Shown: positions 49,447 through 59,758, counted from the stretch's first letter. The stretch: DNA of 64,000 nt from Tagaea sp. (GCA_965279525.1 CBDIIB010000005.1:672001-736000), one strand, 5' to 3'. The notes: a model not told the origin generated them from the letters alone. Translations and numbers: made by a program.

Positions 49447-50154
49447 TCATTCCTCGAAGTAGAGTTCCTTTGCGCGTGAGAGCATCCGCGTCATGGCTGC
49501 GCGCGCTGCGTTGCTATCGCGCCGCCGCAGCGCGTCGATCAGCATTCGGCGACTTTCAATGGCGTGCTGGCGGTGGCTGGTCCGAAGCAGGCGGTTGCGC
49601 AAGGCGAACCACATCTCGCCACTGCGCAGGGTCCACAACTCTTCGACCGCGGCCGCGAGATAGCTGTTCCCGCAGGACTTCGCGAGCGTGACGTGGAATC
49701 GGAAACCTTCGCTGTCCGCCAAGCGCGCATGCGGGTAATTGCGCTCCATCTCCGCGACCAGTGCCTCAAGTTCGGCGATCGTCTCAGGGGTGATGAGCTG
49801 GGCAGCACGCGCAGCGACTTCGCACTCGATCAGTTCGCGCGCCTCGAACTGCTCGAACGGGCCAGGCCCCTGATCGTTGCTGCGCGCTTGCGCCGGCAGC
49901 GCAAGCACGAAGCTTCCGTTTCCGTTCCTGACTTCGACAACGCCCGCGACTTCGAGCGCAATCAATGCCTCCCGTATCGTGGGTCGGCTGACTTGGAACT
50001 GGCGAGAGAGCTCTTGCTCGGGAGGCAGTCGATCGCCGACCGCAAACGCACCTCCCAGGATCAGGCGCTCGATCTGCTGCGCAACCTGCTGATAGAGCCG
50101 CCGCGGACGAATGGCTTCAATCTTGAGATCTACGATCTTTGCTGCAGCCGTCAT
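49447..50154 (-). CDS. GntR/FadR family regulator
   Basis: RRLYQQVA, GDRLPPEQEL, VSRPTIREALIALE. Confidence 0.93.
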   Translation of the reverse strand: MTAAAKIVDLKIEAIRPRRLYQQVAQQIERLILGGAFAVGDRLPPEQELSRQFQVSRPTIREALIALEVAGVVEVRNGNGSFVLALPAQARSNDQGPGPFEQFEARELIECEVAARAAQLITPETIAELEALVAEMERNYPHARLADSEGFRFHVTLAKSCGNSYLAAAVEELWTLRSGEMWFALRNRLLRTSHRQHAIESRRMLIDALRRRDSNAARAAMTRMLSRAKELYFEE

Positions 50155-50285
50155 CGAACATCCAACTATTGAGCTTGACTGCCAAGCTATCTGACAGCTT
50201 GATAGGTGTCAATCGGGCGACTTGAGGCCTCGAAGCTGGGACCCGCGTCGAGCCTAAGCCAGTTCGATGGGTGGGGAGAGAAGCG

Positions 50286-51281
50286 ATGAAGATCTGCGTC
50301 TATGGCGCCGGGGCGATCGGCGGAACCATTGCGGCACGCCTTGCGATGGCCGGCCGTGACGTCACCGTCGTAGCAAGAGGGGCTCATTTGGCCGCGATGC
50401 AGTCCTCGGGTCTGGCCTTCCACGACAAGACAAGTGGTGAGCGGCACCAGATCCAGCTCCGGACAGCCGCCAACGCGGCGGAGGCGGGACAACACGACCT
50501 GGTAGTCTGTGCGGCGAAGTCTCACTCGCTTCCGGCGATGGCCGCCGAAATCTCGGCGGCGATGAAGCCAACGGCGGCGGCCGTGTTCGCCGTCAACGGC
50601 GTCCCATGGTGGTTCTTTCACAAGATCGGTGGCCCACATGATGGCGCCAAGGTCATAAGCGTTGATCCCCAGGGGTTGCTGACGCAGCACGTCCGGCCCG
50701 AACGCGCCATCGGCTGCGCCGTCTATCTGGGCGCTGCAATCGACAAGCCCGGCGCCGTTACTCAGGCCACGCGCGGAAAGCTCGTGCTTGGTGAGCCGGA
50801 CGGCTCGACTTCATCTCGCATCAAGCAAATCGAGGCCGCGCTTGCCGTTCCGGGCTACGAACTCGCACTGACCTCGAGAATCCGGGACGATGTCGCGACA
50901 AAGTTCATGGGGAACGTGGCGACCAACCCTCTCTGTGCACTTCTGCGAGTCCCAGTTAAGCGTATCTTCAACGATCCAATCCTGCAGCAATTCGGTGAAC
51001 GGGTGATGCGCGAGGCCGCCGCGATCGCTGAGGCCTATGGTGTTCGCCTCACGATCGATGTCGACAAGCGCATCGGGCAGTACCAGTCCGGACCGGTTGC
51101 CGAGTTTCGGCCGTCGACGCTTCAGGATGTCGAGCAAGGCCGCGCGCTTGAGATCGACGCCATTGTTCACGCGATCTCAGAGATTGGTCGCCGGGCAGGC
51201 ATGCCGACAGAGAACATCGATATGACCTACGCGATGATTCGGGCCATGGCAGATGGCTTAGGACTCTATCCAAATGTATAG
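50286..51281 (+). CDS. Ketopantoate reductase family oxidoreductase
   Basis: MKICVYGAGAIGG, NGVPWW, K..GN...NP, STLQDVEQGRALEID. Confidence 0.9.
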   Translation: MKICVYGAGAIGGTIAARLAMAGRDVTVVARGAHLAAMQSSGLAFHDKTSGERHQIQLRTAANAAEAGQHDLVVCAAKSHSLPAMAAEISAAMKPTAAAVFAVNGVPWWFFHKIGGPHDGAKVISVDPQGLLTQHVRPERAIGCAVYLGAAIDKPGAVTQATRGKLVLGEPDGSTSSRIKQIEAALAVPGYELALTSRIRDDVATKFMGNVATNPLCALLRVPVKRIFNDPILQQFGERVMREAAAIAEAYGVRLTIDVDKRIGQYQSGPVAEFRPSTLQDVEQGRALEIDAIVHAISEIGRRAGMPTENIDMTYAMIRAMADGLGLYPNV

Positions 51282-51494
51282 CCACTCAGCCGCCGACCGG
51301 AACATCGAGACTATCGTTGCAGATATCGGGCGGCAGCGCGGATGGCCGACAGACGCGCTTCCCGAGCTTGAGCCGGAGGTTCGGTGCGCGCTAATTGCTG
51401 CCATAGAGAGGGGAATGTCACCTCGACGGCTCAATACAGTTCTCGAGGAAATCTTTGCAATCGAGACAAGGGGGAGACTGGGATCCTGATGGCC
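51280..51494 (+). pseudogene. Remnant 3' end of the AAA+ ATPase gene (direct repeat of 17245-17457)
   Basis: 167/203 identical ungapped by manual count (about 82%); translates IETIVADIGRQRGWP...MSPRRLN..LEEI.AIETR; ends TGA-TGGCC like the intact copy. Confidence 0.92.
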
Positions 51495-51650
51495 GGGGTG
51501 ACGTCCTATCATTCTCCTCAGCCAACTTGAGAAAGGGGCCTGGAGGCGACAGCACCCTAAATTTCCCCATTGACCCCAAACGAAGACTTGATCCCGACGG
51601 CGAGCCGGAACCATTTAGACGCACACGTAACAATGCCGATCTTCACCTGA

Positions 51651-52880
51651 TCAGCTTTGCATCTGCATCGCAGCCTTCAGACTGAAACCGACATCGGCCG
51701 CCTGCGCAGGAAGGATCGGGAACTTCCCGGCGAGTAGCCGCCGGCCTGCCATGTGATCGGCCGGATGATTGAAGCTGTCAACGGCGAGCAGCCGGTTCCC
51801 GGCGAAGTGCCAGATAGAGAATTTCCCGCTTTCGGCGTCTCCGCGGATGATGCTCCGGTCGCAGCGTGTCGCGATGCCCACCATCTGGAGCTTCGTGTCG
51901 AACTGCTCAGACCAGAACCAGGGTACTGAATCGTAGCCGACTTCGCGCCCGAGAATCGTGCTCGCCGCAACAATCCCGTTGTCGACGGCATTCTGCACGC
52001 TTTCGAGACGCATCGCCGTCCCTGAAAACCGTTCGTCGTGAAGTGCGCAGTCGCCGATAGCCAGCACCGCTGGGTCGCCCGTCCGGAGCTGCCTGTCGAC
52101 GGCAATCCCATGCATTCCTGGAAGTCCGGCTGCGACCGCGAGTTCGGCATTCGGCAAGGCGCCGATCCCTACGACCACGATATCCGTAGACAATCGTTCG
52201 CCATTGGCAAGCTCGATCTCGGTGACTTTGGTACTATCATACTTCAATCGTACAACCTGACGATCGAGAAGGATCCTCACGCCTTTCGACGCGTGAAGGC
52301 AACGCAGATGCTCCGCTGCGACGGGTGACAGCGCCCGAGAAAGCAGCTGGCTTCCGGATTCAACGACCGTGACCGCCTTTCCCGCACAACGCGCCGTGGC
52401 GGCCACCTCGAGGCCGACAAACCCGCCACCGATCACAACGATTCTCTCGGCGACCGGTAACGCCTGGCGGAGACCTTGCGCGTCACGGATGGATCGCAGA
52501 TAGAAAAGGTTGTCGCATCTAACTGTATCCATGAGTAGCGACCGAGCGCGTGCGCCGGTTGCCAAAACCAGCCGGTCATATGCGTACTGGTTCCCGTTAC
52601 ATGACCTGATCGTTGTCGATGCGCGATCTATCGAGACAATAGGTTCGCCCAGATGCAGATCGATCTGGTTTTCCGAATAGAATGACTGGTTCGCGAATCC
52701 GAGATCGGGGATGTCCTTCCCAGTATCCAGAAAACCCTTCGAAAGCGGCGGTCGCTGGTAGGGGCTTTCCCATTCGTCGGAGAATATCCGGATGCCGCCA
52801 TCATATCCCTCGGCCCGTAGTGTCGAGGCCGTCTGATAGGCGGCCTGACCGCCACCCACGATCGCTACATGCCTAATCAA
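51651..52880 (-). CDS. Ferredoxin reductase (FAD/NADH, putidaredoxin reductase-like)
   Basis: GGGQA, PYQRPPLSK, LATGA, GGGFVGLE, AIGD, RLESVQNA, PWFWSEQ. Confidence 0.93.
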   Translation of the reverse strand: MIRHVAIVGGGQAAYQTASTLRAEGYDGGIRIFSDEWESPYQRPPLSKGFLDTGKDIPDLGFANQSFYSENQIDLHLGEPIVSIDRASTTIRSCNGNQYAYDRLVLATGARARSLLMDTVRCDNLFYLRSIRDAQGLRQALPVAERIVVIGGGFVGLEVAATARCAGKAVTVVESGSQLLSRALSPVAAEHLRCLHASKGVRILLDRQVVRLKYDSTKVTEIELANGERLSTDIVVVGIGALPNAELAVAAGLPGMHGIAVDRQLRTGDPAVLAIGDCALHDERFSGTAMRLESVQNAVDNGIVAASTILGREVGYDSVPWFWSEQFDTKLQMVGIATRCDRSIIRGDAESGKFSIWHFAGNRLLAVDSFNHPADHMAGRRLLAGKFPILPAQAADVGFSLKAAMQMQS

Positions 52881-52907
52881 GCGGACGGATCCCGGACCCG
52901 AAGCGCT

Positions 52908-53105
52908 TCATTCCTCATTGATCGTGATGGCGCTTGCCGGGCATAGGCGTGCTGCGAGTTTTACAGATTCCACCAAGGATTCTGGTGGATTCTCGTTCAG
53001 AAGGATGACGAGCCCGGTGTCTTCCTCCTGATCGAAGACGGAAGGAGACTTCACCACACAGTGGCCTGCCGCAATACAGCGGGCTTTATCGACGATCACA
53101 CGCAT
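52908..53105 (-). CDS. [3Fe-4S]-type ferredoxin
   Basis: CIAAGHC...P.VF...CPASAI; lies between the P450 and the reductase. Confidence 0.92.
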   Translation of the reverse strand: MRVIVDKARCIAAGHCVVKSPSVFDQEEDTGLVILLNENPPESLVESVKLAARLCPASAITINEE

Positions 53106-53122
53106 TTTGTACTCCGATTGAT

Positions 53123-54325
53123 CTACCAGGCGAGCGGGAGCTCGTGAATGCCGTAAATGAACATGTCGCTCCGGAAGCGAATGTCTTTGAACGGAACGGC
53201 GAGGCGCAGATCGGGAAGTGCTTTGAAAAGACTTTCAAACACGATCTGGAGTTCGGAGCGCGCGAGGACCTGCCCCAGACACTGATGGATTCCGTAGCCG
53301 AACGCGACATGGCTGGATGCGTCGCGCGTGATGTCGAAGCGATCAGGATCGGGAAACATCGCTTCGTCACGGTTCGCGGCGGGGATCGCACAGATGAATC
53401 CATCGCCGGCTTTGAACTGATGTCCGTTAGCCTCAAAATCCTCGCTGGCGACGCGGCGGGCACCCAGATGGAGAACTGTCGTATAGCGGAGGATCTCGTC
53501 GACGGCCTTAGACGCCAAGGAGACGTCCGACTTAAGTAGTGCCAGCTGGTCCGGGTGCTGAAAAAGCAGGGCAAGCCCCAGCGTAACCGTATTCTGAGTT
53601 GTCTGGTGGCCTGCACTCAAAAGCAGCCGGATCGTGCTGATGAGTCCGGCGCGGTCAATATTCCCTGGCAAGAGCTGCTCGTGAACCAGCCGCGAGATGA
53701 TGTCATCGGCCGGCTCCTTCTCTTTCTTGGTGATCATCCCGTCGATGTACTTAAACAGGTCGTCAAGCGACTGGCGAACCTGTTCCGTCGTTGACTTCAG
53801 GTGGAACTGGACACGCGTCGCTTCGTGAAAGAATTCGTGATCCTCGTACGGAACGCCGAGAAGGATCGAGATCACTTCAGTCGGCAGCGGTGCCGCAAAA
53901 TGCTCTACGAAGTCGGCACCCTGCGGAAGCTTCGAGAACTCCGCGATCAGCCGGTCGACGATCGATTGGACGCGCGGACGAAACTGTTCGACCCGCCTGA
54001 CCGTGAACTCCTTCATCACCATACGGCGCAGGCGCGTATGCTCCGGCGGATCCGTCCGGATGAAGGATCGGTCGGCCTGGTCCGAGACTTTTCGGCCTTC
54101 CAGGATATGCGGATAGCCTTCGCGGTTCGCACTCGTGCTGATCGCCGGGTTCGACAGGACGGCGCGGATGTCTTCGAAGCGCGTTAGCAGATACGGAGAC
54201 GTACCATCCCAGATCTTAACTCGCGCATAGGGCTCGTTTGCCTGCAGCTTCTTGTAGGCGTCCGGCGGATGGAAGGGACATGTCCGCGGCATCGGATACG
54301 AAAGTCCTGATTGTTCATCCGCCAT
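53123..54325 (-). CDS. Cytochrome P450 (CYP105-like)
   Basis: P.PR.CPF.PP, DPPEHTRLRR, AGHQTT, EILR, FGYGIHQCLG; AAGGAG RBS before ATG 54325. Confidence 0.95.
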   Translation of the reverse strand: MADEQSGLSYPMPRTCPFHPPDAYKKLQANEPYARVKIWDGTSPYLLTRFEDIRAVLSNPAISTSANREGYPHILEGRKVSDQADRSFIRTDPPEHTRLRRMVMKEFTVRRVEQFRPRVQSIVDRLIAEFSKLPQGADFVEHFAAPLPTEVISILLGVPYEDHEFFHEATRVQFHLKSTTEQVRQSLDDLFKYIDGMITKKEKEPADDIISRLVHEQLLPGNIDRAGLISTIRLLLSAGHQTTQNTVTLGLALLFQHPDQLALLKSDVSLASKAVDEILRYTTVLHLGARRVASEDFEANGHQFKAGDGFICAIPAANRDEAMFPDPDRFDITRDASSHVAFGYGIHQCLGQVLARSELQIVFESLFKALPDLRLAVPFKDIRFRSDMFIYGIHELPLAW

Positions 54326-54477
54326 GACAGCTCCTTCGAAATGGAGCGGACCGCCCGCATCGTATGGCGGTCCGTTCGGCTTGCACGCCGAAGATTTCGT
54401 AAGAGCGACAATCCCGCAGCGTTCCCGATAGTGCAATCTTAAAACATTAATAGCTTAGTAGTTAATATATAGGAATT

Positions 54478-55473
54478 TTACGAATTACCACGAGTACCGT
54501 CCCGCTCGATCCATGCGATCAGGCGGCGCAGCCCCTCCTCGATTCCAACCTCGGGCTCCCACCCGAGCAGTGCGCGTGCCTTCTCGCGCGAATAGCCCAG
54601 AGCGTGCGACGTCGTGAAACGTGGCTTGGACGGATCGCGGCGATACTCGGGCCTCACGTCCGTGCCAAGGATGCTCTGGAGGGTCGCGACGGCTTCGTTG
54701 AGCGAGACGTCTCGGCCGGAGACGATGTTCAGCGACTCGCCGGACGCGTCGCTTTCCATCGCGAGGACGTTGGCCCGTGCGACGTCGCCGGCATAGACAT
54801 AGTCATGCGCTTCTTCGCCGTCGTCTGGCAGAACGGGTGCGGCGCCACGACGAAGGGCTCTGTACGCGTCCGTCAAATAAAGGACGTTGATCCCGTGCCC
54901 GTGCTGGCGCTCTCCGTACACTGTCGAGTACCGGAGCGCCATAAAGTTGATTCCATACTTCTGCCGATAGAGCCGCAGTAAGATCTCTGCGACTGTCTTA
55001 GTCGCGGCATACAGCGCGCTTGCCGGCTGAAGTCCCTGCCATGCGAATGGCCGGTCCTCGGTATAGCCGGGGCGTTCGTCCTGTCCGTAGACGGCAATCG
55101 ACGACGAATAGACGACCTTGCGGACTCCCCGATAGCGGCAGGCGTCGAGCACGTTCATCATTCCGCTCACGTTGACGTCGACACCGAGTGATGGATTTTC
55201 GCCAAGCGGCATCGTCAACAAAGCGGCGACCGCGAATACGCCGTCTGCGGCTTCGAACGCCTCATAGAGATCGTTCGGCCGGAGGATGTCGCCACGAATC
55301 AGCCGCGCACGGCCGTCCTTCAGCAACGGCGAGATCGATGCCGCCGATCCGAGGGAAAGGTTATCGAACAGTGTCACACCGGCTGCACCGCATTCCAGCA
55401 ACCGTTCGGCAATATGCGAACCGATCAGACTCGCACCTCCCGTAATGACATACTTCTTGCCCTGCACACCCAT
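54478..55473 (-). CDS. NAD-dependent epimerase/dehydratase (extended SDR)
   Basis: TGGASLIGSH, SSSIAVYG, YAATK, RYSTVYG, DYVY..DVARAN. Confidence 0.92.
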   Translation of the reverse strand: MGVQGKKYVITGGASLIGSHIAERLLECGAAGVTLFDNLSLGSAASISPLLKDGRARLIRGDILRPNDLYEAFEAADGVFAVAALLTMPLGENPSLGVDVNVSGMMNVLDACRYRGVRKVVYSSSIAVYGQDERPGYTEDRPFAWQGLQPASALYAATKTVAEILLRLYRQKYGINFMALRYSTVYGERQHGHGINVLYLTDAYRALRRGAAPVLPDDGEEAHDYVYAGDVARANVLAMESDASGESLNIVSGRDVSLNEAVATLQSILGTDVRPEYRRDPSKPRFTTSHALGYSREKARALLGWEPEVGIEEGLRRLIAWIERDGTRGNS

Positions 55474-55674
55474 TGCCTGAATACCTCACTCATCGCAGTC
55501 GGGCTCCCGGCCCAACACGGCATCAGTCCGCGAAATTGTTCAAATTCACATCGATGCGCCTCGATATCCTTTCGTTGTCGATTTAGACTTGCCTCGACTT
55601 CGGATATTTCCGTCGAGCAAAGCAAGGCGGTCGCCGAAGCCGAATTGATCGAGCCCGGTGAAGGAGTGGCGCAT

Positions 55675-56418
55675 ATGAGTGACGTGAAGTCGGCGAAGCG
55701 GGTTTTCGAATTTCTCGAATACTTCTCCGAAGTTCAGCGTTCGGTGTCCGTCGCTGAGGTCGCGAACAAGTTCAAATATCCCAATTCGAGCGTTTCCTCG
55801 ATTCTCCGAACGATGGTCTCGCTCGGGTATCTCTCCTACGACAGATCCAAGCGCACCTATCTTCCGACGGCACGCCTTCCGTTCCTGTCGACATGGATCG
55901 GGACGCGACTTTTCGAGAAGGAGAACCTGCAGCGGATCATGGAGGATCTGAGCGCCGCCACCGGTGCCGCGATCATGCTGGCCACACTCAACGGCCGCCA
56001 ATGCCAGTATGTCCACATCCTTCCCGCGACAAGCGCCGTACGGCTTCACACCGCGCCCGGATTCCGTCCGCTGGCGCGTACGGCCGCCGGCATTGCCCTG
56101 CTCAGCAAGCTCGACGACGAATACATCAAGAAGCTGATGCGCCGGATTGCAGCGGACGCCCCCAAGGAAACCGTCAAGATCCCGGATCTGATGGCAAAGA
56201 TCTCCGCCGTCCGACGCAAGGGCTATTCGATGTCGATAGGACATATGTTTGCCGGCGGCGGCGCCATCGCCGTTCCGTTGCCGACTACGGCCGATTCGTC
56301 GCCGATGGTTGTCGCGATCGGCAGCGTCGAGTCGCTGCTGATCCGACACGAATCCGAGTATGCCAAACTGATCAAGGCAACGATTGCTAAGCATTTCGGC
56401 CGCAAGGCTGATGAGTAA
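55675..56418 (+). CDS. IclR family transcriptional regulator
   Basis: VKSAKRVFEFLE, P.SS...LRTMV..GYL, TAAG.ALL, R.KGY; AAGGAG upstream. Confidence 0.92.
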   Translation: MSDVKSAKRVFEFLEYFSEVQRSVSVAEVANKFKYPNSSVSSILRTMVSLGYLSYDRSKRTYLPTARLPFLSTWIGTRLFEKENLQRIMEDLSAATGAAIMLATLNGRQCQYVHILPATSAVRLHTAPGFRPLARTAAGIALLSKLDDEYIKKLMRRIAADAPKETVKIPDLMAKISAVRRKGYSMSIGHMFAGGGAIAVPLPTTADSSPMVVAIGSVESLLIRHESEYAKLIKATIAKHFGRKADE

Positions 56419-56420
56419 GG

Positions 56421-58142
56421 TCACGGCGGAGATGCGAGCATGTGTTGCACAGCCCGGTAGGCAAAGACGATCCCTGGCCCGAGATTGATGCCGCCGCCGG
56501 GATAGTATCCGCGCATGATCGACGCCAGATCCGTGCCGCAGGCATAGAGACCGGTCAAAGCATCACCGTTGGCGGCAACGACTTCAGCATCCCCTGTCGT
56601 CTTAAGACCTACCGCCGTACCGAGCGTGGCAGGATGGATCTTCAGTGCAATGAACGGCGGCTTCTCGATCGGAACGAGATTTGGATTTGGCCGGTCTGTC
56701 GCGTCGCCAAACTGCCTGTTGTAGGCGTTCGAGCCACGCCCGAACTCGCGATCGACGCCTTCGCGCGTAAAGACGTTGTAAGCGGCGATTGTGTCCACGA
56801 GACCAGAGGCGTTGACGCCGATCCGGTCCGCCAGTTCGCCGATCGATTCGGCAGCCGTGATGTAGCCGGACTTGACGAAAGGCCGAATGCTCGGTGTGAT
56901 CGGAAACGGGCGCATTAGCCCGAGGCCGTACTTCCGAACGAAGTTTATGTCACATACGAAATGGAAGTTCGCGCCAAGCCCGCGCTTCTGCTGATGAAGC
57001 GCCATGACGATATCATGATACGAGTTCGACTCATTGACGAACCGGCGCCCGTCCGGATCGACCGCAATTACGCCGGGACGGCCGCGATCGAGATATCCGT
57101 ACATGACGGTCGTCTCCTTGCCGTCGCGGCCGGTCAGTGCGGATGCAGGCGTCCATAGGCCGGTGCTGGCAAGTTCGGTATCGATCGAGGCACCCGCCGC
57201 CAGTGCCGCCTTGATGCCGTCGCCGACGTTACCGGCGAATGCCATCGTGTGCTTGTGTGGGAAGTCCTTGCTCAAATCCTTGTGCATGTCGAAGTTCCGC
57301 GGGAACCCGCCCGTCGCCAAGACGACGCCGCGGCGCGCACGGACTCTGACCGACTGCCCGTTCCGAGTGAGGACTGCACCGACGACACGGCCGTGCTCGG
57401 TCACGAGGCTTGAAAGGGGCGACGACGTCCATATCCGCGCATCCGTCTTGCGGAGGCTGAAAAGAAACCGGGCGACCAGCGCATTGCCGTTCCGGATGTC
57501 AGTTCCCCGCCGATACCTCAACCGGTCGATGGCATAGCGGCCAAGCTTCTTCGTGACGCGCTTGAACGCGCCGACCGAACGGAACGGATTCAGGAAGTCC
57601 TGGATTTCGTCCGGCGAGACCATGAGGCCGCCAAGAATCATCAGGCGATGGATCGGCGTTCTGACGAGATCGAAATCCTTACCAAGGGTCCTGCCGTCGA
57701 ACGGACGGGTCACGAGGGATCGGCCCTTGTCCATCCCGCCTTCTCGGTCGGGATGATAATCTGGCCAGTCGATCAGGTTGAACTGGACGTCCGTATTTGC
57801 GGCAAGGAATTCGACGGCCTCATTGCAGCTATCAAGATAGCCATCTATCAGATCGGCCCGGTAGAGATTGCCCAGCTCACCCTTCAGATAGCTTTTTGCT
57901 TTCTCGCGCGAGTCGCCGTATCCAGCAGCACGCGCTTGTGCGTTGTTCGGAATCCAGATGATTCCGCCCGACGTGGCCGTCGTGCCGCCAAGCTGGTCGC
58001 TCTTCTCGCACAGGATCGTCTCAAGACCCTGCTTTGCCGAGAAGAGGGCCGCAGCAAGGCCGCCGACGCCGCTACCGAACACGACGACATCCGCCGCTTC
58101 GTCCCAGTGACCTGCGGGGCCACTGTCTTTTGTGTGGTTCAT
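56421..58142 (-). CDS. FAD-dependent oxidoreductase (3-ketosteroid delta1-dehydrogenase-like family)
   Basis: GSGVGG, GGTTATSGG, DYHP, GVVLATGGF, RFVNES, GLYACG, YPGGG..LGP. Confidence 0.9.
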   Translation of the reverse strand: MNHTKDSGPAGHWDEAADVVVFGSGVGGLAAALFSAKQGLETILCEKSDQLGGTTATSGGIIWIPNNAQARAAGYGDSREKAKSYLKGELGNLYRADLIDGYLDSCNEAVEFLAANTDVQFNLIDWPDYHPDREGGMDKGRSLVTRPFDGRTLGKDFDLVRTPIHRLMILGGLMVSPDEIQDFLNPFRSVGAFKRVTKKLGRYAIDRLRYRRGTDIRNGNALVARFLFSLRKTDARIWTSSPLSSLVTEHGRVVGAVLTRNGQSVRVRARRGVVLATGGFPRNFDMHKDLSKDFPHKHTMAFAGNVGDGIKAALAAGASIDTELASTGLWTPASALTGRDGKETTVMYGYLDRGRPGVIAVDPDGRRFVNESNSYHDIVMALHQQKRGLGANFHFVCDINFVRKYGLGLMRPFPITPSIRPFVKSGYITAAESIGELADRIGVNASGLVDTIAAYNVFTREGVDREFGRGSNAYNRQFGDATDRPNPNLVPIEKPPFIALKIHPATLGTAVGLKTTGDAEVVAANGDALTGLYACGTDLASIMRGYYPGGGINLGPGIVFAYRAVQHMLASPP

Positions 58143-59758
58143 CGATCCACCGCGACGGTAACGGCGCGGTTGTATCCCCAGGGCATGGCGAGTGCCGACT
58201 GCACTCCCAAGCCGCCCGCGACGACAACATAGATATCCTTGGCGCTGTGGACGATCGGAACGCGTTCGAGGGAGTGGAATTCTTTGGGCCAGCTTGGCCG
58301 GATCCCGCGATTGGCAGTATGGCTACGTGGGACGCGCGCATTCTCGAATATGTAGTTCTGGATGTCGCGCTTGCCCCAACCGTTCTTGGCAAGGATGCGC
58401 GCATGCTCTCGACTTAGGATCACGAACAGGTCGCCGGCCGTAAACGCGTTGTTCGATGCACCGTTGGCGGCGGCCAGGACGAACCCGCGCAGGAGATTGT
58501 CAGGCGACTGGCTGACCTGATCGAGGATGTTGTGCGGAGCTTCGCACTTCGCGATCGTTACCGTACCGTTCTTGCTTCCGAAATCTTCGCACAGCGGAGG
58601 CCACGGGCTGTCATCCGCCTCGGCGAAGCAGTAGCTGATTTCGGCGGGCGTCCCGAGCACACCGAGATCGCCACGGCCGATCAGCGCGCGGCCGACATTG
58701 TTCGCGACAAGCGTCAGTGTGCGTCCGACTGCGAGGTTTGCCCGGTTTACGGCACCCGGGCCAAGACAGCCGGGGCCAGAGTTGATGCCAGCCTTGTGCG
58801 CTATCGGACCGCTGACGAGGAGGAGATTTCCCGATCCGTGTGTCGTCATGTTCGCGGCGGAGAAACGGTACCGCGGCTGCGAAGCCGCCCGGATTGCCGC
58901 CACCACGACCGGGAACTGGGCCGGCTCGCATCCGGCAAGTGCGGCGTTAGCGGCAAGGTCGCGAACGGTCAGCGGCGCGCCGGATGGTTCGAGCAATTCG
59001 ATCAGGACATCGTCCGCCGCAAGTGGCACGGATCCGACAAGCGCATCGACCTTACTCGATTCCGGCGGCAAGACCGGAAGGCCGTCGCCAAGTCCGTCGG
59101 CATTCATCGCCTCGAAGAGCTCGCCGGCCGGCATATCGAGCGTTCCTGATGCATTCTGCGCCGGAAGACGCGCTGCTCCGCCGGAAGCGCCTTGGCCGGT
59201 CGCGCCGCTGCCCTTTGCGAGGGCGTCGAGTATCGGGCCGGCGATTTCCTCGGCAATCTTCTTTGCGTCGGCATCGGCAGCGATCTGTGGAGCATCGAGC
59301 ATCAATAGCGGCAGCTGAACGCCGCGGCTTTCCGACATCGCGAGACCAAGCTGGATACCGATCGTCGTGCATAGCGACACCGTTCGGATCCCCGCATTCT
59401 CGAGTGCCAGCGCCAGCGCAATCGTCGGGAACGTCACGCCGACATCGCATATCGTCAGGACGACGGCCGTCGGCTTGGCTGCGATCAGCCGGGCCAGAAG
59501 CTCCTGGAACTCCGCCGGCTCGGGATTAAGGTGGCTGTATCCGCCGTCGCTCTCATAGTGGAACGGGGCCAGATCGACACCAAGTCGGCGCAGCGCTCCG
59601 TCAAGTTCGCTGAACAGCGGAAAGAAGGAGCCAAACTCCGGATGGCACTTGCCGTTGTCGAACAGGATTACCCGTCCCCGAACGGTGCCGTCGCGCCGCG
59701 CCAGTTTCATCTGCTGTGCGCTGCTGCGCTTGCCGCGCGGATCGATCATTACGGACAT
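58139..59758 (-). CDS. Fusion of a UGSC-like N-terminal domain and a conserved DGLP.LPP domain (function unknown)
   Basis: N-terminal LFDNGK...A.ALENAGI.TV; C-terminal GDGLPVLPP, AANAALAGC.P..FPVV, RAN..VGR, FAE, EHA, IYVVVAGG. Family recognised from motifs only. Confidence 0.65.
   Translation of the reverse strand: MSVMIDPRGKRSSAQQMKLARRDGTVRGRVILFDNGKCHPEFGSFFPLFSELDGALRRLGVDLAPFHYESDGGYSHLNPEPAEFQELLARLIAAKPTAVVLTICDVGVTFPTIALALALENAGIRTVSLCTTIGIQLGLAMSESRGVQLPLLMLDAPQIAADADAKKIAEEIAGPILDALAKGSGATGQGASGGAARLPAQNASGTLDMPAGELFEAMNADGLGDGLPVLPPESSKVDALVGSVPLAADDVLIELLEPSGAPLTVRDLAANAALAGCEPAQFPVVVAAIRAASQPRYRFSAANMTTHGSGNLLLVSGPIAHKAGINSGPGCLGPGAVNRANLAVGRTLTLVANNVGRALIGRGDLGVLGTPAEISYCFAEADDSPWPPLCEDFGSKNGTVTIAKCEAPHNILDQVSQSPDNLLRGFVLAAANGASNNAFTAGDLFVILSREHARILAKNGWGKRDIQNYIFENARVPRSHTANRGIRPSWPKEFHSLERVPIVHSAKDIYVVVAGGLGVQSALAMPWGYNRAVTVAVDR

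Noticed and set aside
53123-54325. P450 as an NO reductase (P450nor) completing denitrification
   Set aside because: It has a dedicated ferredoxin and reductase, which P450nor does not use, and it lies in a different module from nar.
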